49,455 nt of DNA, taken from Hydrurus foetidus (lineage: Eukaryota). Positions 46,824 through 49,455 of the stretch are shown in pieces. The translations under genes were made by a program, and so were the position numbers. The DNA lies in contig UYFQ01000827.1 in assembly GCA_900617105.1 (NCBI GenBank), positions 1 through 49,455 of the forward strand, given 5' to 3'. The notes beneath the pieces are model-generated. The model did no database searches, had not been told where the DNA came from, and saw nothing but the letters and a program-made list of their open reading frames with translations. Each line of letters starts with the position of its first letter. Positions within the stretch are counted from its first letter, which is position 1.

Positions 46824-49455
46824 TTAACGGTAGTTTGCGATGAATTCGCGTGGTATTAAGTGTTTGAGATTCTTTTTGATTAAGAACTCATGTACTTTTT
46901 GCGCTTTACGCATGTGTGTCCACGGTTCCCATGTGTTGTGTTCATGGGTGTAGTTGAGCCATTTCACATGAAATGTGAGTGATTTGTATGCTCTTATGTT
47001 TCCTTTCATTTCTAGGATTTCCTCTATGAAGAATTCTAGATAATCTCTACGAGCAATGTCAGTTGGATCGACATGCGTAGGATCAAAGTGAAACGGTTTT
47101 AGTTGGGTCATGTGGTACAACTTTTCTTTGTGTGTTACCAGATCGAGTAATGTATACTCTGCGAAGTTATGGCTGACAACTCGCATTGGGCCGCGCCACA
47201 GTGTGTGCATGCGCGTTTCTGGTGATGTTCTTTGTTGGACAAGTACAAATGTGTCGACTCCGAACTGTGTGACGTTGGGAGTTGTTGTGCATTGTGCAAG
47301 TCGTCGGATTCTTTGAGTAGACGTGCGGTGATTTCGATGAGTTCATCTTGCAACGTTAACATTTTATCAGTTGACCGTGTGAGTGAGTCGAAATCTAAAT
47401 CAATTTCATCTCTCGGGAGGAGGATGTTTGCGTCGAGGTCGATCGCGTTGCCATAGATGAGTTGTGCTGGAGACACTTTCATCCGGTCATTTACGGTTGA
47501 ATTTAGTATTCTTTGTACAAACGGTAATATTTCCGCGTAGTTTTCCGTAGTTGCGCGTTCGTATGCGTACGCGGTTATATGGCGATTGATTTCTTTGTTG
47601 ATTCGCTCGACGATAGCGTTTTCTTCTGAACAGTATGGTAATATTTTGTTGTGTGTTGTTCCAACAATCTTCACAAACTCATCTATGATGTGGCTTGCGA
47701 AGTGGGGTCCATTATCTGATCGAAGTATACATGGTGAGCCGTAGCGTCCCACGTGTTCTACAAGTGCTGTGCACGCTGATTTGGCTGTTGCATCAGGTGT
47801 TGCGTAGAGTTCGACAAACCTTGAGAAGGTGTCGATCATAACAAGGATATATCCTTTATCGGGAAATGGACCAATGAAGTCTATGTTAAGGCATTCCATT
47901 GGTTTGTAGGTTGAGGTTGTGTACCGGTATGCGTTGATGGGATATTTCATTGCCGACATCTTTTGGCAACACGGACAATTTTTAATGAATGTTTTTACTG
48001 CGTCACGCATTCCCAGCCATATGTTATTTGTTTTCTTTAAATTACGCAGTGTGCGTTGTACACCACCATGTCCGACTATTGTGTTGTGGCACGTTGCAAT
48101 TAGGTTATATTGCTCTGTCGTTATTGGTTTGTGTGTCAGAATTGCTGCTATTATTCCTGTTTTAGGAGGCATTCTGTTTTAACATAGGCGAGACATTGCG
48201 TCAGCAATTTCATTTTGTTTTCCCGGGATGTACCCTATCGTATATTCAAGTTCCTGCAGGGCCATACGCCATCTGCCGACCATCTCGTTTTTATCCTTTT
48301 CTAGGAACGTAAGATTTTTGTGGTCTGTTAGGATTGTGAATTTACGGTCTCGCAGCAGTGCGTCGAGATAAGTACAGCAATAATATAGCGCGAAGGCTTC
48401 TTTTTGTATTACTGACCATTTCAGTTGAGTCTTGGTAAGAGACTTGCTTACGAGAGCGACGAGTTGTTTTTCTCCGTCGACTTCTTGATACAAATAGCCG
48501 CCGATCCCGTAATCTGACGCATCGGTCATGAGGGTAATGGGCGCTGTATCGTGTATGAAATATAGTAAAGGACTCTTTGCAATTAGATCTTTTATCTTTT
48601 GAAAAGAATTTGCGGCGTCATCTGTCCAGATTAGCATTGTTTGCTTTTTCGCGGCGTGATCTATAATTTTGTGCAGTGGTGCTACCACGTTGGAGTGATT
48701 TGGTACATGATCCCGAAAATAATTGGTGAGTCCGAGGAACGATCTAAGTTCAGTCGTCTTTCGTGGCATAGGAAAGTCGGTCACACCTCTTATTTTTTTG
48801 GAACTCATAGTTATACCTTCTTTAGATATTTGTCTACCGACATATTCAACTATTCGCACATTTAGCTTTAGCTTTGCGGCTTTTAGTGAAATGTTTTTGT
48901 TTTCTAGGCGTTGAAAAAGGATTTCTAATCGCTCGCAGAATTGATCAAATCCATTACCATAAACGATGATGTCGTCGAGGTATACTTCACAGATTTGGTA
49001 TATTAGTCCTAAAAGGACTATTGAGGCCATCATTTCTTGGAAATATGGGGGGCTCTTTTGGGTCCGAAAGGTAGTCGGGTAAAGTGGTAGATGCCCATAA
49101 ATGTTATGAAAGCTGTATACACGTGTACTTAGAGTTAACGGTGCTTGGTGATATCCTGCTGTGAGGTCTATTACACCGAATGTGTCTGCTTTTTGTGAAC
49201 CTAATCTTGCTAACATTTGTTTAATATTAGGGATTGGCCAGCTTGCTGATTCCGTTGCGTCGTTGAGGTGACGATAGTCAATACAGAATCGGTATGAACC
49301 GTCTGGCTTTGCCGCGAGTGTTACTTGCGAATAGTATGATGCCTCTGATTTGACTATTATACCCTGTTCAAGCATAGTTTCAACTTGTTTTCGGATTTCG
49401 ACTTGTTTTCGTGTAGACGTTGGTCGGGATGCTACGCGGTTTTTGAAAACTTTCC
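46824..49455 (-). mobile_element. Ty3/Gypsy chromovirus-type pol (RT, RNase H, integrase, chromodomain), frameshifted; continues beyond window
   Basis: RFCIDYR.LN, DLTAGYHQ, YLDD, TDASDYGIG, KEAFA, TDHKNL, ADAMSR, H-H-C-C, IDFIGP, SDNG, ERIN, chromodomain FFIEEIL..VKWLNY...NTWEP. Confidence 0.96.

Overview
Eukaryotic nuclear DNA from a photosynthetic stramenopile, most plausibly a chrysophyte-like alga. This assignment is inferred from GT-AG introns, an LHC gene with an ATA-F bipartite presequence, TTAGGG repeats and intron-containing hybrid histidine kinases. Roughly half the window is transposon-derived: two Ty1/Copia pieces, two PIF/Harbinger elements with TIRs and 3-bp TSDs, a telomere-repeat-bearing MITE with a 10-bp TSD, the 3' half of an Ngaro-type tyrosine-recombinase retrotransposon, and a nest in which a palindromic element holds a hAT element that holds a piggyBac, with a chromovirus-type Gypsy abutting it. 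Host genes are an MFS transporter, a small probable thylakoid protein, a 5'-truncated membrane-protein gene, a Ubl-PI4K-gamma-type kinase, an LHC protein, and an inverted pair of hybrid histidine kinases. The main oddities are: HK paralogues with near-identical kinase halves but strongly diverged sensor exons; a piggyBac with TG..CA ends and an extra N-terminal domain; a TIR element built around telomeric repeats; a Copia gag with a CCCH finger; and a Copia RT with HSDD in place of YVDD. Many 1-2 nt frameshifts could be assembly errors. No database searches were run.
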